The notes: a model not told the origin generated them from the sequence alone. Positions 40,390-50,528 are shown, numbered from the stretch's first letter. The stretch: 64,000 bases of DNA from Candidatus Bathyarchaeota archaeon (GCA_963771885.1 CAVYVF010000002.1:434208-498207); one strand, 5' to 3'. Program-made: numbers and translations.

Positions 40390-41170
40390 TTAGTTCTCCA
40401 GTTCGAGCTTATCGAGCTCGTCTAGCTCCTTCATTACCTCTTTCTTAAGCTGTTCGAGTCTGCTCTCAACGTCGCCCTTAGCGGGCTGCTTCTCCTCGCC
40501 CTCCGCCTCGAGAGACTCCTCCTGCTCCTCCTCACCCTCCTCCGTCTTTGCCTTCGGCGCGACGACGCGCCTCTTCTTCGCGGCGGCGGGCACCTTGGGG
40601 CGCTCCTCCTCCACCGGCTTCGAGGGCTCCTCAATCTTCAGTTCTTTAATTATAAGGTCGATGCGGCTCTGCGTCTGCCCCATGCTCTCCTCGAACTTCT
40701 TCACGATCTCCTCGCGTATCGACTCGAGTTCGGCGAGGCTGACGAGCATCTCGCTCCTCTTTAGATCGTCGGCGATCTGTTGTCATCTCGTCCTCGTAGA
40801 CCTTGCCGAGTCGTACACGTTCCTCTCGGCTGATCTCGCCCTCGTCCTCAGCCTCGAAGAGGCGGCGGAGGACCATGCTGTTGATCTCTTGCTTTAATGT
40901 GAGGGTCCTGATCTGGCTCTTCGCCCTCTCGACGTCGCCGCTGGCGATCTTCTTGTCGATCGGCGGGACCTTGACCTTCCTCTCCGTCATTTGCAACTCG
41001 ACTCGAAGCGGGTCCTGCTCCTTCGGGGGATCCTCGGAGGGCTTCTCTTCCTCCTTCTTCTTTGTGCCGCCCGAGGCGCGCCAGAACATGAAGATGGCCA
41101 CAGCCGCGACGGCAACGATGACAACTCCGAGAATTAGATCAGTTGAGAGGAGATCGCCCATTTCCTTCAC
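40390..41170 (-). CDS. membrane-anchored coiled-coil hypothetical protein, apparent frameshift ~40780
   Basis: N-terminal TM, RRLFEAEDEGEISREER, acidic tail ending LKKEVMKELDELDKLELEN in the next frame. Confidence 0.65.
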
Positions 41171-41421
41171 CTACTGCAATATTTGACTAATATATTTAAG
41201 CCTGAACCCGGATCCGCTGTTTTTGTCTCTGGAAACGAGGATTAGGCGATGTTTTTCACTACGTTTCCTGAAACATGGTTTTCGTCGTCCCGATTGTATA
41301 TGAGGGGTTGACCATACTTCTCCACATTTTCCTCCAACGCCGTCTCCAGGTTCTTTTTTACATGCCTTAGGCTACGCGCACCCATTTTGTAAGATTTATA
41401 TGCGGAGGGGGGTGTGGCTAT

Positions 41422-41515
41422 GGACAGAGGGGAGCTGGGTTAAGGCCCGGCTGAGAGGACGGTAATCGTCGACCCTAGGAACCTGATCCGGGTAATGCCG
41501 GCGTAGGGAGGTGCG
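41422..41515 (+). promoter_or_regulatory. TPP riboswitch 1
   Basis: GGGGAG-P3-CTGAGA...GACCC..GAACCTGATCCGGGTAATGCCGGCGTAGGGA matches the TPP aptamer consensus; TATA-like TTTATA at ~41395. Confidence 0.92.
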
Positions 41516-41562
41516 CGTTATCGTCAACCTGCCAAGCGGTTGACGCCTGCATCCCCTCTAGG

Positions 41563-42111
41563 ATGCAAAGAGAGATGGAATCAAGGTTCAAGACAACGAG
41601 TGGTAAGTTGGCGCTTTTTGCCATAATGACCGCTGTCACAGTGGTCGCTAATTTAATCATGGTGCCGATGCCGCAGCCGCTGGCGCAGTACGACGCCTCG
41701 CCCGTGCTCATCTACGCCCTCGGCGTCCTGCTTGACCCGCTCATGGCGGGCGCGACCATCGCCGCGGCGATGGGGATAGGTGTTAGCTACAAGATGATTA
41801 CGCTCGGGTTCCCGCCAGTCTTCGTCGTGGGGGCGATGCTAGTGAGGGGAATCGAGGCGATGCTCATCAGCTACCTTGTGCGTATGAGGAAGGGTGAGAA
41901 CCCTAGGACGGTCAGCAGGTGGGAGATCGCCGCTATGTGCGTGGGATGCGTCTGGGAGACCGTCGGCTTCCTAAGTCTCGACTGGGTACTCTTCGGCCCT
42001 GGGCTGGCGCTGATAGACCTGGCGACGCTAGTCGACCTCATCTTTGTTCCCGTCGCTATCGTCGTCGTTGCCGGGGTGAGGAGCAGGCTAGGAATTTATA
42101 GGCTAACCTAG
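41563..42111 (+). CDS. ECF transporter S component, predicted thiamine-precursor substrate
   Basis: KLALFAIMTAVTVVA, about 5-6 TM; directly downstream of TPP riboswitch. Confidence 0.75.
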   Translation: MQREMESRFKTTSGKLALFAIMTAVTVVANLIMVPMPQPLAQYDASPVLIYALGVLLDPLMAGATIAAAMGIGVSYKMITLGFPPVFVVGAMLVRGIEAMLISYLVRMRKGENPRTVSRWEIAAMCVGCVWETVGFLSLDWVLFGPGLALIDLATLVDLIFVPVAIVVVAGVRSRLGIYRLT

Positions 42112-42130
42112 GAGTAATGAGGGAAAGCTG

Positions 42131-43565
42131 ATGAGCGGCGTCCTGGGGCTCGGAAAAGTCTCGCGGGAAGTCTTCGAGAGGAGTGTTCTTCCGTACATTC
42201 CACTCGATAGGGAACTTGAGCTCGATGGGGCGACAGTGAGTCTCACCGATAAAACAGTTATCGCCCACAGCCCCAGCATCGGTGTGCCTCTTGAGGCACT
42301 GGGCTTCTTCGCCTTCCACTATGCGGCTAGCAATGTTGCCTGCAGATTCGGCGTTCCAACACACATGATAGCCGGCATCTACCTCCCCCTGAAAACGAGG
42401 GAGAGTGACCTCAAGATAATCGCTAAAAGTTTAGGCGACGAGGCGAGGAAGTACGGCGTAGTAATAGTGGCAGGCCAGACAGCCACATACTATGGGCTGG
42501 AGATACCCTTCGTCTCGACAACGTGCCTCGGCGAGCAGAAGCGGAAACCTTCGAAGCTCTGCGTAGGGGACATAGTCCTCCTCGTCGGCGAAGTTGGGGG
42601 GGAGGCGGTCTGGATAACGGGCCTCAGCAGGGGGGCGGAAGACGACAGGTGGAGGGATTTCACTGCGCTTCCGAAGATACGCGCCATATCCGACGTCGAG
42701 GGGGTGAAGTTACTCCACGACGTGTCCGAGGGGGGAGTCAAAGGCGCTCTAGGCGAAGTCCTCAGAAGCTTTGGGTTGGGACTCAGTTTCGACTCCTCAA
42801 GCCTCGCCTACGTGAAGGGGGCGCAGAAGCTCGAGCAGGACCTCCTCAGGGCACCGACCTATGGTACACTCATCGCTATTGTTGACCCGTCTTCACGTTG
42901 ACGAAGTGAAGAAAAGGTGCGGGGTGATAGGCGCCCACGTCAGCATTCTCGGCGCCCTACTGGAGAAAGAGGGGCTAACGGTCGATGGCGCAAGAGTTGA
43001 GGAGCAGGCACGCATAGAAATTGACGAACTCTACGGTAGTTTCAGGAAGCTCGACGAGCTCGAGGAGGCGGTGAGTCTCGCTCTCGGCGAGATCGAGGGA
43101 CTCAAGGGAGCCGAACGTCTCATCCCCCAAGTGGGATTGAATCTCGTCTATTCGAAGACCGATCCGATGGGTCCCCTTGACGTTGTAGGCTTGAACGGCC
43201 GCGTCGTCGTTAGCAAGGGCAGACCAAAAGCGTGCGGCGAAGTCGAGTATGGGGGCTCGCGCTTCATGGCCTCCGTCGTCATCGAGGCGCAGAGGAGGGA
43301 CGCGAGGCTCCGCACCGCTGTCGTCATAAGAGGAGGAGAAGACGTGGCGGATGCTCTCAGACAGATAGGAAAAACGGTGATCAGCCTACCGCCCGAGACA
43401 CTCGGGGAGGGCTGCCCCGTCACGCGCTTCATCCTCTCCGGCGGCAAAATGGCGGACGCCTACAGCCACCCGGGGGCATTAGGTATCGAGCCGACGACCA
43501 CTATACTGGATGAGTCCCCGGAAAAGCTCGTCGCCACACTGCGAGAGTTGCTGAAGCATGTCTGA
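42131..43565 (+). CDS. AIR-synthase/ThiL-fold domain fused to ThiN-like (thiamine-phosphate synthase) domain, apparent frameshift ~42896
   Basis: GLGKVS, LHDVSEGG (PurM fold), then LIPQVGLNL, GRVV, EYGGS, GIEP (ThiN fold). Confidence 0.72.
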
Positions 43566-44221
43566 AGCTGTAGACGCCTTCGATAGGGTGGCGTTTAGCT
43601 ACGACACCTGGTACGAGACAGAGAAGGGGAGGCAGGTGCTCTCAGCCGAGAGGAGGATTGTGGCCGGGTTTCTTCCCAATGAGGGCATCGGGTTAGAGAT
43701 TGGCGCGGGTACCGGCGTTTTCGCCGAGGCCCTCACCAACTCTATGAGGTGCGTTGTATGTCTCGATCTTTCAACCAAGATGCTCACAAGAGCAGCGGGC
43801 AGGGGGTTACCATGCGTCCTCGGTAGCGCCGAGGCTATGCCCCTTAGAGGATGAGTCACTCGGCTTTGCCTACATGGTCACTGTCATAGAGTTTCTAGAA
43901 GACCCTGTCGCCTCCCTGAGGGAGGCATCGCGTGTAACGATTCAGAACGCGCCGATTGTGACACTGTTCATCAACAGGGAGAGCGACTGGGGAGAACTCT
44001 ACACCGCTATGACGGAGAAGGGAGACCCCGTCTTCAGCCACGCCCATCTCTACACGCTCGATGAGGTTGAGGAGATCGCCCGTAGGGCGGGTTTGAAACG
44101 CGGTGGAGCGCTCGGCACACTCACCGAGAGCCCCACCTCCCCTGATGCGGGCGACGAGTTGATCGTACCAAGCAGGGAGACTGGCGTCATCGCCGTCAAG
44201 CTCGCGAAAAACCCCGCCTAG
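43558..44221 (+). CDS. class I SAM-dependent methyltransferase, apparent frameshift ~43849
   Basis: FDRVA.SYD.WY, LEIGAGTG, LDLS..ML, AEAMP, then VTVIEFLEDP..LREA.RV. Confidence 0.85.
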
Positions 44222-44265
44222 CAAGGAGTTAGGTAAGTTTTATTAGCCCGCCCAAGCCCATACGA

Positions 44266-44356
44266 GGCGAAGGGGAGCTGGGCGAAAGCCCGGCTGAGAG
44301 GACGAAAGTCGTCGACCCTAGGAACCTGATCCGGGTAATACCGGCGAAGGGATGTG
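44266..44356 (+). promoter_or_regulatory. TPP riboswitch 2
   Basis: GGGGAG-GGGCGAAAGCCC-CTGAGA...GACCC..GAACCTGATCCGGGTAATACCGGCGAAGGGA; TATA-like TTTTATTA at ~44238. Confidence 0.92.
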
Positions 44357-44358
44357 TC

Positions 44359-44883
44359 ATGAGCGGTAACGGTACAAGGACGAATACCAGGGAACTGGCA
44401 GAGATATCCGTAACCGTGGCACTATCCGTTGTCCTAAACTACATAAAGATCTACCAGCTCCCGTGGGGTGGCTCCATCACCCTAGGAAGCATGGTACCGA
44501 TCATGCTGCTCGCCTACAGGCGCGGGCCGAAAGTCGGGATCATGGCTGGGATAGTCTTCGGCCTGGTCCAGATGGCTCTGGAGGGGTACATCTACTACCC
44601 TGTCCAGATCATCCTCGACTACCCGCTTGCCTTCGCGTGTCTGGGACTCGCGGGCCTATTCAAGAAGCAGCCCCTTATCGGCGTCGTGGTCGCGTTGACC
44701 GGCCGATTCCTCTCACACTTCATTAGTGGTGTCGTATTCTTCGCAGAGTATGCCCCACCTGATTTAGGACCGTATGTTTACAGCGCGATATACAATGGCA
44801 GCTACATACTCGGGGAGATGGTGATCAGCGGCATCATCATCTACCTGTTATGGAAACGGGCGCCACAGTTGTTTAATGTTTAG
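44359..44883 (+). CDS. thiT: energy-coupled thiamine transporter S component ThiT
   Basis: LPWGGSITLGSMVPI..AYRRG, QIILDYPLAF, RFLSHFISGVVFFAEYAP, YSAIYNGSY; TPP riboswitch upstream. Confidence 0.9.
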   Translation: MSGNGTRTNTRELAEISVTVALSVVLNYIKIYQLPWGGSITLGSMVPIMLLAYRRGPKVGIMAGIVFGLVQMALEGYIYYPVQIILDYPLAFACLGLAGLFKKQPLIGVVVALTGRFLSHFISGVVFFAEYAPPDLGPYVYSAIYNGSYILGEMVISGIIIYLLWKRAPQLFNV

Positions 44884-44917
44884 CCAGTAACAACTCTACT
44901 TTTTTTCTTTTATTGAC

Positions 44918-45184
44918 CTAGATGCTAGGATGCACCCTGTTGCCTATGTCCATTATACCCTGTATCCAGTAGAGGTAGCTGTTGACGGCGGCGCGCAGCG
45001 CCACCATGTCGTCAGCCACTACCTTGACGACCACTCCGCTATCGGACGCTTCGAGGACGACGTTGGACCTCTCTGAGAGACCCCGATCAAGCTCGGGCTT
45101 GAGGGAGCTGATGATGATGTCGACAACGTCTCTCGTGGCTTCTACGGTTATCTTTGCCTCGGCTTGACTTCGTCGAGGCTCCAA
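44918..45184 (-). CDS. pcc1: KEOPS complex subunit Pcc1
   Basis: SLKPE..RS.V..A.D..ALRAAVNSYLYWI; follows rpl37ae; TTG start inferred. Confidence 0.85.
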   Translation of the reverse strand: MEPRRSQAEAKITVEATRDVVDIIISSLKPELDRGLSERSNVVLEASDSGVVVKVVADDMVALRAAVNSYLYWIQGIMDIGNRVHPSI

Positions 45185-45213
45185 AATTAGTCTTCTCCGG
45201 GAGGACGGTGGGT

Positions 45214-45462
45214 CTAGGCCTGGACCCTTGTGGATGCCTGGCCCAGCTTCGTCGTTGGGACGTATGCACCGCCGGCGAACTTGTAGCCGCACTTGCTGCA
45301 GGACCAGATGCCGACGACGCTACGCGTAACCCTCGGGCTCGCGCAGCTCGGGCACTTGTGTGGCTCCTTTAACTGGAGCATTATGCGTGTCCAGCGCTTC
45401 TGTATGGCGGCTCCTCCGCGGGTCCTGAGTCGCAGACCGTACGTCTTCTTCTTTCTTGTCAT
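45214..45462 (-). CDS. rpl37ae: 50S ribosomal protein L37Ae
   Basis: CPSC, GIWSCSKCG..FAGGAYVP. Confidence 0.93.
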   Translation of the reverse strand: MTRKKKTYGLRLRTRGGAAIQKRWTRIMLQLKEPHKCPSCASPRVTRSVVGIWSCSKCGYKFAGGAYVPTTKLGQASTRVQA

Positions 45463-45464
45463 CG

Positions 45465-46253
45465 TTAGTCGCCTGTGGCCTTAGCCCTTAACTGGGGCGC
45501 TTTAGCTTGCGCCATATTTATGCATTTCTTAATCTCCTCGGGTGTTAGGCCTTCGGAGCCGCTCTTCTGCATGGTGCAGAGGTGGCCGTCCTCGTCGAAG
45601 GTGATGGTCAGGCGGGCGTCCATGACCTCTTCCTCGTCCGCGGTGGGATCCATGATGAAGTTGTCCCCGATCTTTATGACGCTGACTGGGATGGGCCTCT
45701 TGCACACTGTGAGCGGCACCTTCTCGCCGGTCGGCTTCCCCTCGCTGAATACGGGTTTCTTTGCCCCGAGGAGCGCCGCTACCGCGCCTGCACCGCAGGC
45801 ATCGATGAGGTTGCCGTCGTAGTTGAGGACGTAGAGGTCCACGAAGACTATCTGTACGAGCTTGCCGGGTGTGATGCATAGGTCCTTTGTGTTGAGTGTG
45901 TCAGCGCTGCGTAGTCCCCTGTCGACGACACGGGCGAGCTCTATGCTCTCCTCGCTTGGCGGACCGGGTTCCCACGCTGCGTTGGCGATGGGGGTGAGCT
46001 CGGCGTTTGTCATGAGTACGCCCTCGTCAGGCGTGTCCTCGAAGGGTGTGCCGGTGCCTACCTTGACTCCGACCATTACATGGGACTTGCCGAGCCAAAC
46101 CTCGGCGCTGCCCTCGCTCTTGTAGAGTACATTACGCTTTATCGAGAGTTCGCGGAAGTCGTCGAAGGCGCGGCCGTCCATTCGCTTACCGGTGGACAGG
46201 ACCTCCATGATCTTTTTCTGCTTAAGGTGGCTGACTATGTTGTTCTTGCTCAT
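45465..46253 (-). CDS. rrp42: exosome complex component Rrp42
   Basis: RMDGRAFDDFR, GSAEV.LG, EPGPP, ELARVVDRGLR, DGNLIDA. Confidence 0.95.
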   Translation of the reverse strand: MSKNNIVSHLKQKKIMEVLSTGKRMDGRAFDDFRELSIKRNVLYKSEGSAEVWLGKSHVMVGVKVGTGTPFEDTPDEGVLMTNAELTPIANAAWEPGPPSEESIELARVVDRGLRSADTLNTKDLCITPGKLVQIVFVDLYVLNYDGNLIDACGAGAVAALLGAKKPVFSEGKPTGEKVPLTVCKRPIPVSVIKIGDNFIMDPTADEEEVMDARLTITFDEDGHLCTMQKSGSEGLTPEEIKKCINMAQAKAPQLRAKATGD

Positions 46254-47090
46254 CTATGGTTCCTCCTTGGTGGGCTGGTCCTCGGACTCAGGCTCTTCCG
46301 GGGGTAGCTCTTGGGGCTTGTCCTGTGGCTGGTCGATGCCGTACTTCTTCTTTAGTGCCTCGCGCTGTATCTCGTAGATCTTTTTGCATCCCTCGATTCC
46401 GAGGGCGAGCGCCTTCTCCGCTTCCTCGGGGGTCAATGTGCCGTCCTGTTGGAGGAGTGTGACCTTACCGAGTTTCGGCATGTAGGCTATGGGCATGTCG
46501 CTCTGCCCCTTCTTGTCCTCGTAGTCGCCGAGGTCGACGACGAGCTTGTCCTCGATCTTGCCGACGGCGCACGCGGAGACGAGGTCCTTCATGGGTATGC
46601 CCGCGTCTACGAGAGCTACTGCGGCGGCGTTGATGCTCGCGCACCTCGTTCCACCGTCAGCCTCGATGATCTCGATGTATACATCGATGCTAGCCCGGGG
46701 GTAGCGTTCGAGGAAGACCGCCGGCTCTAGGGCGGACCTCATGACCATGCTGATCTCCTGGTCCCTACGGGAGGGAGCGGGGGACCTGCGTGGGTCGACG
46801 CTGAATGGCGCCATGTGGTATCTGCAGCGGAGCACAGCCTGGTTGGGCTTGGCGTTGTGCTTGGGGTGCATCTCGCGGGGCCCGAAGACGCCGGCGAGTA
46901 TCTTGTTATTGCCCATTTCGATGTAGGCGGAACCGTCCGCGTTGGGGAGGACGCCGCTCTCTATCTTGATGGGGCGCAGCTCGTCGAAGGCACGCCCATC
47001 GGCGCGCTTCCAGCTGTCAATCTTTGGCTTCTTGGTCCTCGCTGCTGGCTTCCGGGCTGCCGTCTTCTTTGTCGTTGGTTTCTTGCTCAT
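46254..47090 (-). CDS. rrp41: exosome complex exonuclease Rrp41
   Basis: [33 protein letters not shown]. Confidence 0.95.
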   Translation of the reverse strand: MSKKPTTKKTAARKPAARTKKPKIDSWKRADGRAFDELRPIKIESGVLPNADGSAYIEMGNNKILAGVFGPREMHPKHNAKPNQAVLRCRYHMAPFSVDPRRSPAPSRRDQEISMVMRSALEPAVFLERYPRASIDVYIEIIEADGGTRCASINAAAVALVDAGIPMKDLVSACAVGKIEDKLVVDLGDYEDKKGQSDMPIAYMPKLGKVTLLQQDGTLTPEEAEKALALGIEGCKKIYEIQREALKKKYGIDQPQDKPQELPPEEPESEDQPTKEEP

Positions 47091-47779
47091 TGTTTTCTCT
47101 CCTTAAGCTGTCGTAAAAACTCTTGAGTCCTGTTCGTGAGCCCGGAGGTGTGCGCCTCCAGCTCTATCTTCTCTATCACCTTGAACACCATCGCCTCTTT
47201 TTCGCGATTTGGTCCGGAGACCAGTATGCGGCCGTTCTGCCCTATGGCAACGCGGCACCCAGTCTCCCTGATGATCATGTTAATCATGCTCCCCTTCTTA
47301 CCGATGAGTCGGGGTATCTTGGAAGGCGTCAGCTTGACGATGAACCCATCGTACATTTTGCCGAGGCCCGGCCCTAATATGCTGAGCACTGGGGTCCTCC
47401 TTCTATCGAGGTCTACTATCCTGGCGACTATTGTGTCGCCGATGTCGAGAATTCGAGTCATGACGAAGTCGGTTCTGAAGGGACGGTCGACGGCGTCGGG
47501 TATACCCATGACCGCCTGATCCTGCGTCCCGATGTTTATCCGCCATTCGCCGAGGTCCATGTCGACAACCACGCCTATGACCTGATCGCCCACAAGCGGC
47601 ATGTAGCCAGTTGAGAGGGCGGTTACGGATACGTTGTCGGGGCGGTAGTTCACGAGGCCCAGGCGCGTGGCGTACACCTGATCCTGGTTGCGGTAGGTAT
47701 TCTCACCCGTCCTGATCCGTCCCTCAAACACTACGTCGCCCGGGAGAACCAGATCCCTGTCCTGGAAGTTCGCGCTCAT
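47087..47779 (-). CDS. rrp4: exosome RNA-binding protein Rrp4
   Basis: VLPGD, S1 domain, KH motif [19 protein letters not shown]. Confidence 0.93.
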   Translation of the reverse strand: MSANFQDRDLVLPGDVVFEGRIRTGENTYRNQDQVYATRLGLVNYRPDNVSVTALSTGYMPLVGDQVIGVVVDMDLGEWRINIGTQDQAVMGIPDAVDRPFRTDFVMTRILDIGDTIVARIVDLDRRRTPVLSILGPGLGKMYDGFIVKLTPSKIPRLIGKKGSMINMIIRETGCRVAIGQNGRILVSGPNREKEAMVFKVIEKIELEAHTSGLTNRTQEFLRQLKERKQ

Positions 47780-47789
47780 ACATGTTCAA

Positions 47790-48479
47790 CTACTTGAGTA
47801 TTCTTGACTGGAGGTTACCCTGAGTCGCTTTGCCAAGTTTGTCGAGAAGCTCCAATTGCATGGCAGCGGGGAGCTCCAGCACAGCTACCCAGCTTCCATC
47901 TTTCTGCCACTCGTCACGCTTGATTTCACCGTAGTTCTTGACAATGCCGTAGCATTTGGCCGAGTGCTCGGGCGGGACTTTGAGGGCGAGTTGGATGTTC
48001 TCACTGCTCATGGGCAGGATGGGCCTGAGGAGTTGGACGAGGTCCTTGACCTGCTCCTCCGCCGACTTGAATGGGTCGACGTTGAATCGGACCTCCTCCA
48101 TCGCGTTCTCTATCCTTAGGGGAGGGTGGGGAAGCTTCGTGGCGGGGTCGACGTAGGTCCTCGAGATGATGGTTATGATCTGTCTGAGCTTTTGCTCATT
48201 CATCTCCTTGCGCTGCGCGGAGGTCAGGAGGAACGTGCCCTTCTCGAACATTATTTTGGCGATTTCGAGGGGGTCATCCGTCTTGAACTCGTCCTTGAGT
48301 TTTGACTCGGACGCTTTCTCGCCCTTGTTCGCGTCGGTGAAAATGGTGTCTATGAGGATGACGTTGGCGATGTCTATCGGTTCGCCTTTCTTGTATGAGA
48401 GTCCCTTGTCGGGGTCTACGAGAATCTCGTATTTCTCTCCGCCGTGCTGGTAGCGTACCAGCGTGTAGTTGCTCCCCAT
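47790..48479 (-). CDS. ribosome maturation protein SBDS/Sdo1
   Basis: YEILVDP, IFTDANKG, PHPPLRIENAM. Confidence 0.93.
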   Translation of the reverse strand: MGSNYTLVRYQHGGEKYEILVDPDKGLSYKKGEPIDIANVILIDTIFTDANKGEKASESKLKDEFKTDDPLEIAKIMFEKGTFLLTSAQRKEMNEQKLRQIITIISRTYVDPATKLPHPPLRIENAMEEVRFNVDPFKSAEEQVKDLVQLLRPILPMSSENIQLALKVPPEHSAKCYGIVKNYGEIKRDEWQKDGSWVAVLELPAAMQLELLDKLGKATQGNLQSRILK

Positions 48480-48493
48480 TCCGTTTGGCCCTT

Positions 48494-49198
48494 CTACCTC
48501 ATGTGCTTCTGCACTTCGGAGTCGGGGAGTCTTCGGAATACCTTAGTCTCTAAGGGAACGACGCCAACCTTGACGTTCTCAGGCGTTATGTTTCCGTCGG
48601 ACGCCGTCTTCACTGCCTCTATCGCTAGGCTGATGGCGCCGTCTAGCGTTATGTCGTCCTTGTATTTTTCCTCTAGGAGCTTGTTGGCCTCGTCGCTCTT
48701 CCGCCCTACGGCGGTGGCCTTGTAGCCCCGGTAACTGCCGCTCGGGTCGGTTGTCATTACCCTGCTGCCCTCCGTGTCTACACCTGCTATGATGGTGCTG
48801 ACGCCGAAGGGGCGTACGCCGGCGTGCTGCGTGTATATCTGTGCGATGTCTCCGAGGCGCCTTGCCAGCATCTCCACGTCAACGGGCTCGTCGTAAAGGA
48901 GCCTGTTGCTCTGGGAGAATACGCGAGCCTGACTGATCAGGACTCTAGCGTCGCTGCTCAAACCTGCTATCGCCATTGCTACGTGCTCGTCGAGCTGGAA
49001 TATCTTGCGGAAGTAGTCTCCGTCCTCCAGCACGCTCTCAGGGGACTCGTTAGCCGCTATGGCTACCCCCTGTGGTGACGAGACGCCGACGATGGGAGCG
49101 CCTCTCTTCACCAGCTCCAGGGCGTATTCGACCTGGTAGAGTCTTCCCTCTGGTGAGAAGATCGTTATGGCGCGGTCGTAGGCACGGGGCATGAACAA
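48494..49198 (-). CDS. psmA: proteasome alpha subunit
   Basis: AYDRAITIFSPEGRLYQVEYA, RPFGVS, TDPSG. Confidence 0.96.
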   Translation of the reverse strand: MFMPRAYDRAITIFSPEGRLYQVEYALELVKRGAPIVGVSSPQGVAIAANESPESVLEDGDYFRKIFQLDEHVAMAIAGLSSDARVLISQARVFSQSNRLLYDEPVDVEMLARRLGDIAQIYTQHAGVRPFGVSTIIAGVDTEGSRVMTTDPSGSYRGYKATAVGRKSDEANKLLEEKYKDDITLDGAISLAIEAVKTASDGNITPENVKVGVVPLETKVFRRLPDSEVQKHMR

Positions 49199-49331
49199 AG
49201 CGCTGGTTCTCCTCGACTCTCCTTCTCTCGATCGCCCAATCTAATCTAATCTACCTTAAAAAGGGTTTGCCGGCATCGGTCAATAACACCAGAGCCGGCG
49301 AGCGATTTTTTACCCGTGTATGTAACCGGTG

Positions 49332-50528
49332 CTAGTCGACCTTGACCCCGAACTGGAGGACTGGTACGCATAGGAGGAGAATCGCGGTCGCTGTGAAGAA
49401 GACGGGGAGCAGCCCGTAGTTGCTCGCGATGAATGCTGAGACCATGGGTGCGAGGACGCCCATGATGCTTCCGGGGAGGAAGTAGAGGGCGAAGCCGAGA
49501 CCTCTCTGTCGGGATGGGGAGAGCTTCGCGGTTAGGCTCGAGTTTGATGCCATGCTCAAGAGGTTGAAGAAGCCGTAACCGAGGTAGAAGGCTGTGAAGG
49601 CGAATCCCCACGGTACGAGGAAAGCTATCCCAAAGCTGATGGCGCAAGCGGTCGTAGTCAACACTGTCCACTTCTTCTCCCCGACCTTGTCAGCGAAGAA
49701 GCCACCGAGAGGCGCCGCGATGACACCCATCATGCTCGCGCCGCTGATCACCAGAGCAGCATCACCGACGCTCCAACCCTGATTTTGGACGAGGTATAGG
49801 CTGATGAAGCCGGATACCATGACTGTGCCAAGCGTCTTCACGGCGTTGAACATGATGAAGAAGAGCATGCCACGAGTCACGATTGTTTTCGCCTCGCCGA
49901 CGGGGACCTCCGCTTTCGCCTTGGGCTTTGAAGGCTCTGACGGCTCAGATTTCAGCTTCAGTATCATGAATGTGCCTATGAGGATGGGAAAGAACCAGAA
50001 GAGGTAGACTTGTCTCCACTGGAACGCGAAGAATCCCATGAGGAAGCTGATACTCAGGGGGCCGATGGCCATACCGAGGGTTCCTCCTGCGCCTAAGATA
50101 CCAAGAGCCTTTGATCGATCCTGAGGTTTGGATGTTTTTGTGACGTAGCTGTAGCTCGGCGGATGATAGAACGTCGTGTTTAGGTAGAGTAGGCTGACGG
50201 CGGCTACGAGCATCCAGGGGTTCAGTGTGAATCCTGCGATGAGACTGCCGACGCAGCTGAGAATCTGGCTGAAGAGGATCATCTTCTTCGTTCCGAGTTT
50301 GTCGCTGAGCATCCCAGCGGGAATAGAAAGAATAGCCTGGCAGAGGGGGGGAATTGCCGCGATCAGCCCAAGCTCGTAGTACCCGAGGTTGAACTCCTGC
50401 TTTAAGAGGGGGAAGAGCGTCGTGTGAATATTCTGGAAGGTGTGCGTCAGGGTGTGCGTCAGAACCATCGTGAACAGGCCGAAGGACATTATTGACGTGA
50501 ATTGCTTGAGGCTCGGTTTCTCCAACAT
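49332..50528 (-). CDS. MFS transporter
   Basis: About 12 TM; GMLSDKLG and GFFADKVG motif A. Confidence 0.9.
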   Translation of the reverse strand: MLEKPSLKQFTSIMSFGLFTMVLTHTLTHTFQNIHTTLFPLLKQEFNLGYYELGLIAAIPPLCQAILSIPAGMLSDKLGTKKMILFSQILSCVGSLIAGFTLNPWMLVAAVSLLYLNTTFYHPPSYSYVTKTSKPQDRSKALGILGAGGTLGMAIGPLSISFLMGFFAFQWRQVYLFWFFPILIGTFMILKLKSEPSEPSKPKAKAEVPVGEAKTIVTRGMLFFIMFNAVKTLGTVMVSGFISLYLVQNQGWSVGDAALVISGASMMGVIAAPLGGFFADKVGEKKWTVLTTTACAISFGIAFLVPWGFAFTAFYLGYGFFNLLSMASNSSLTAKLSPSRQRGLGFALYFLPGSIMGVLAPMVSAFIASNYGLLPVFFTATAILLLCVPVLQFGVKVD

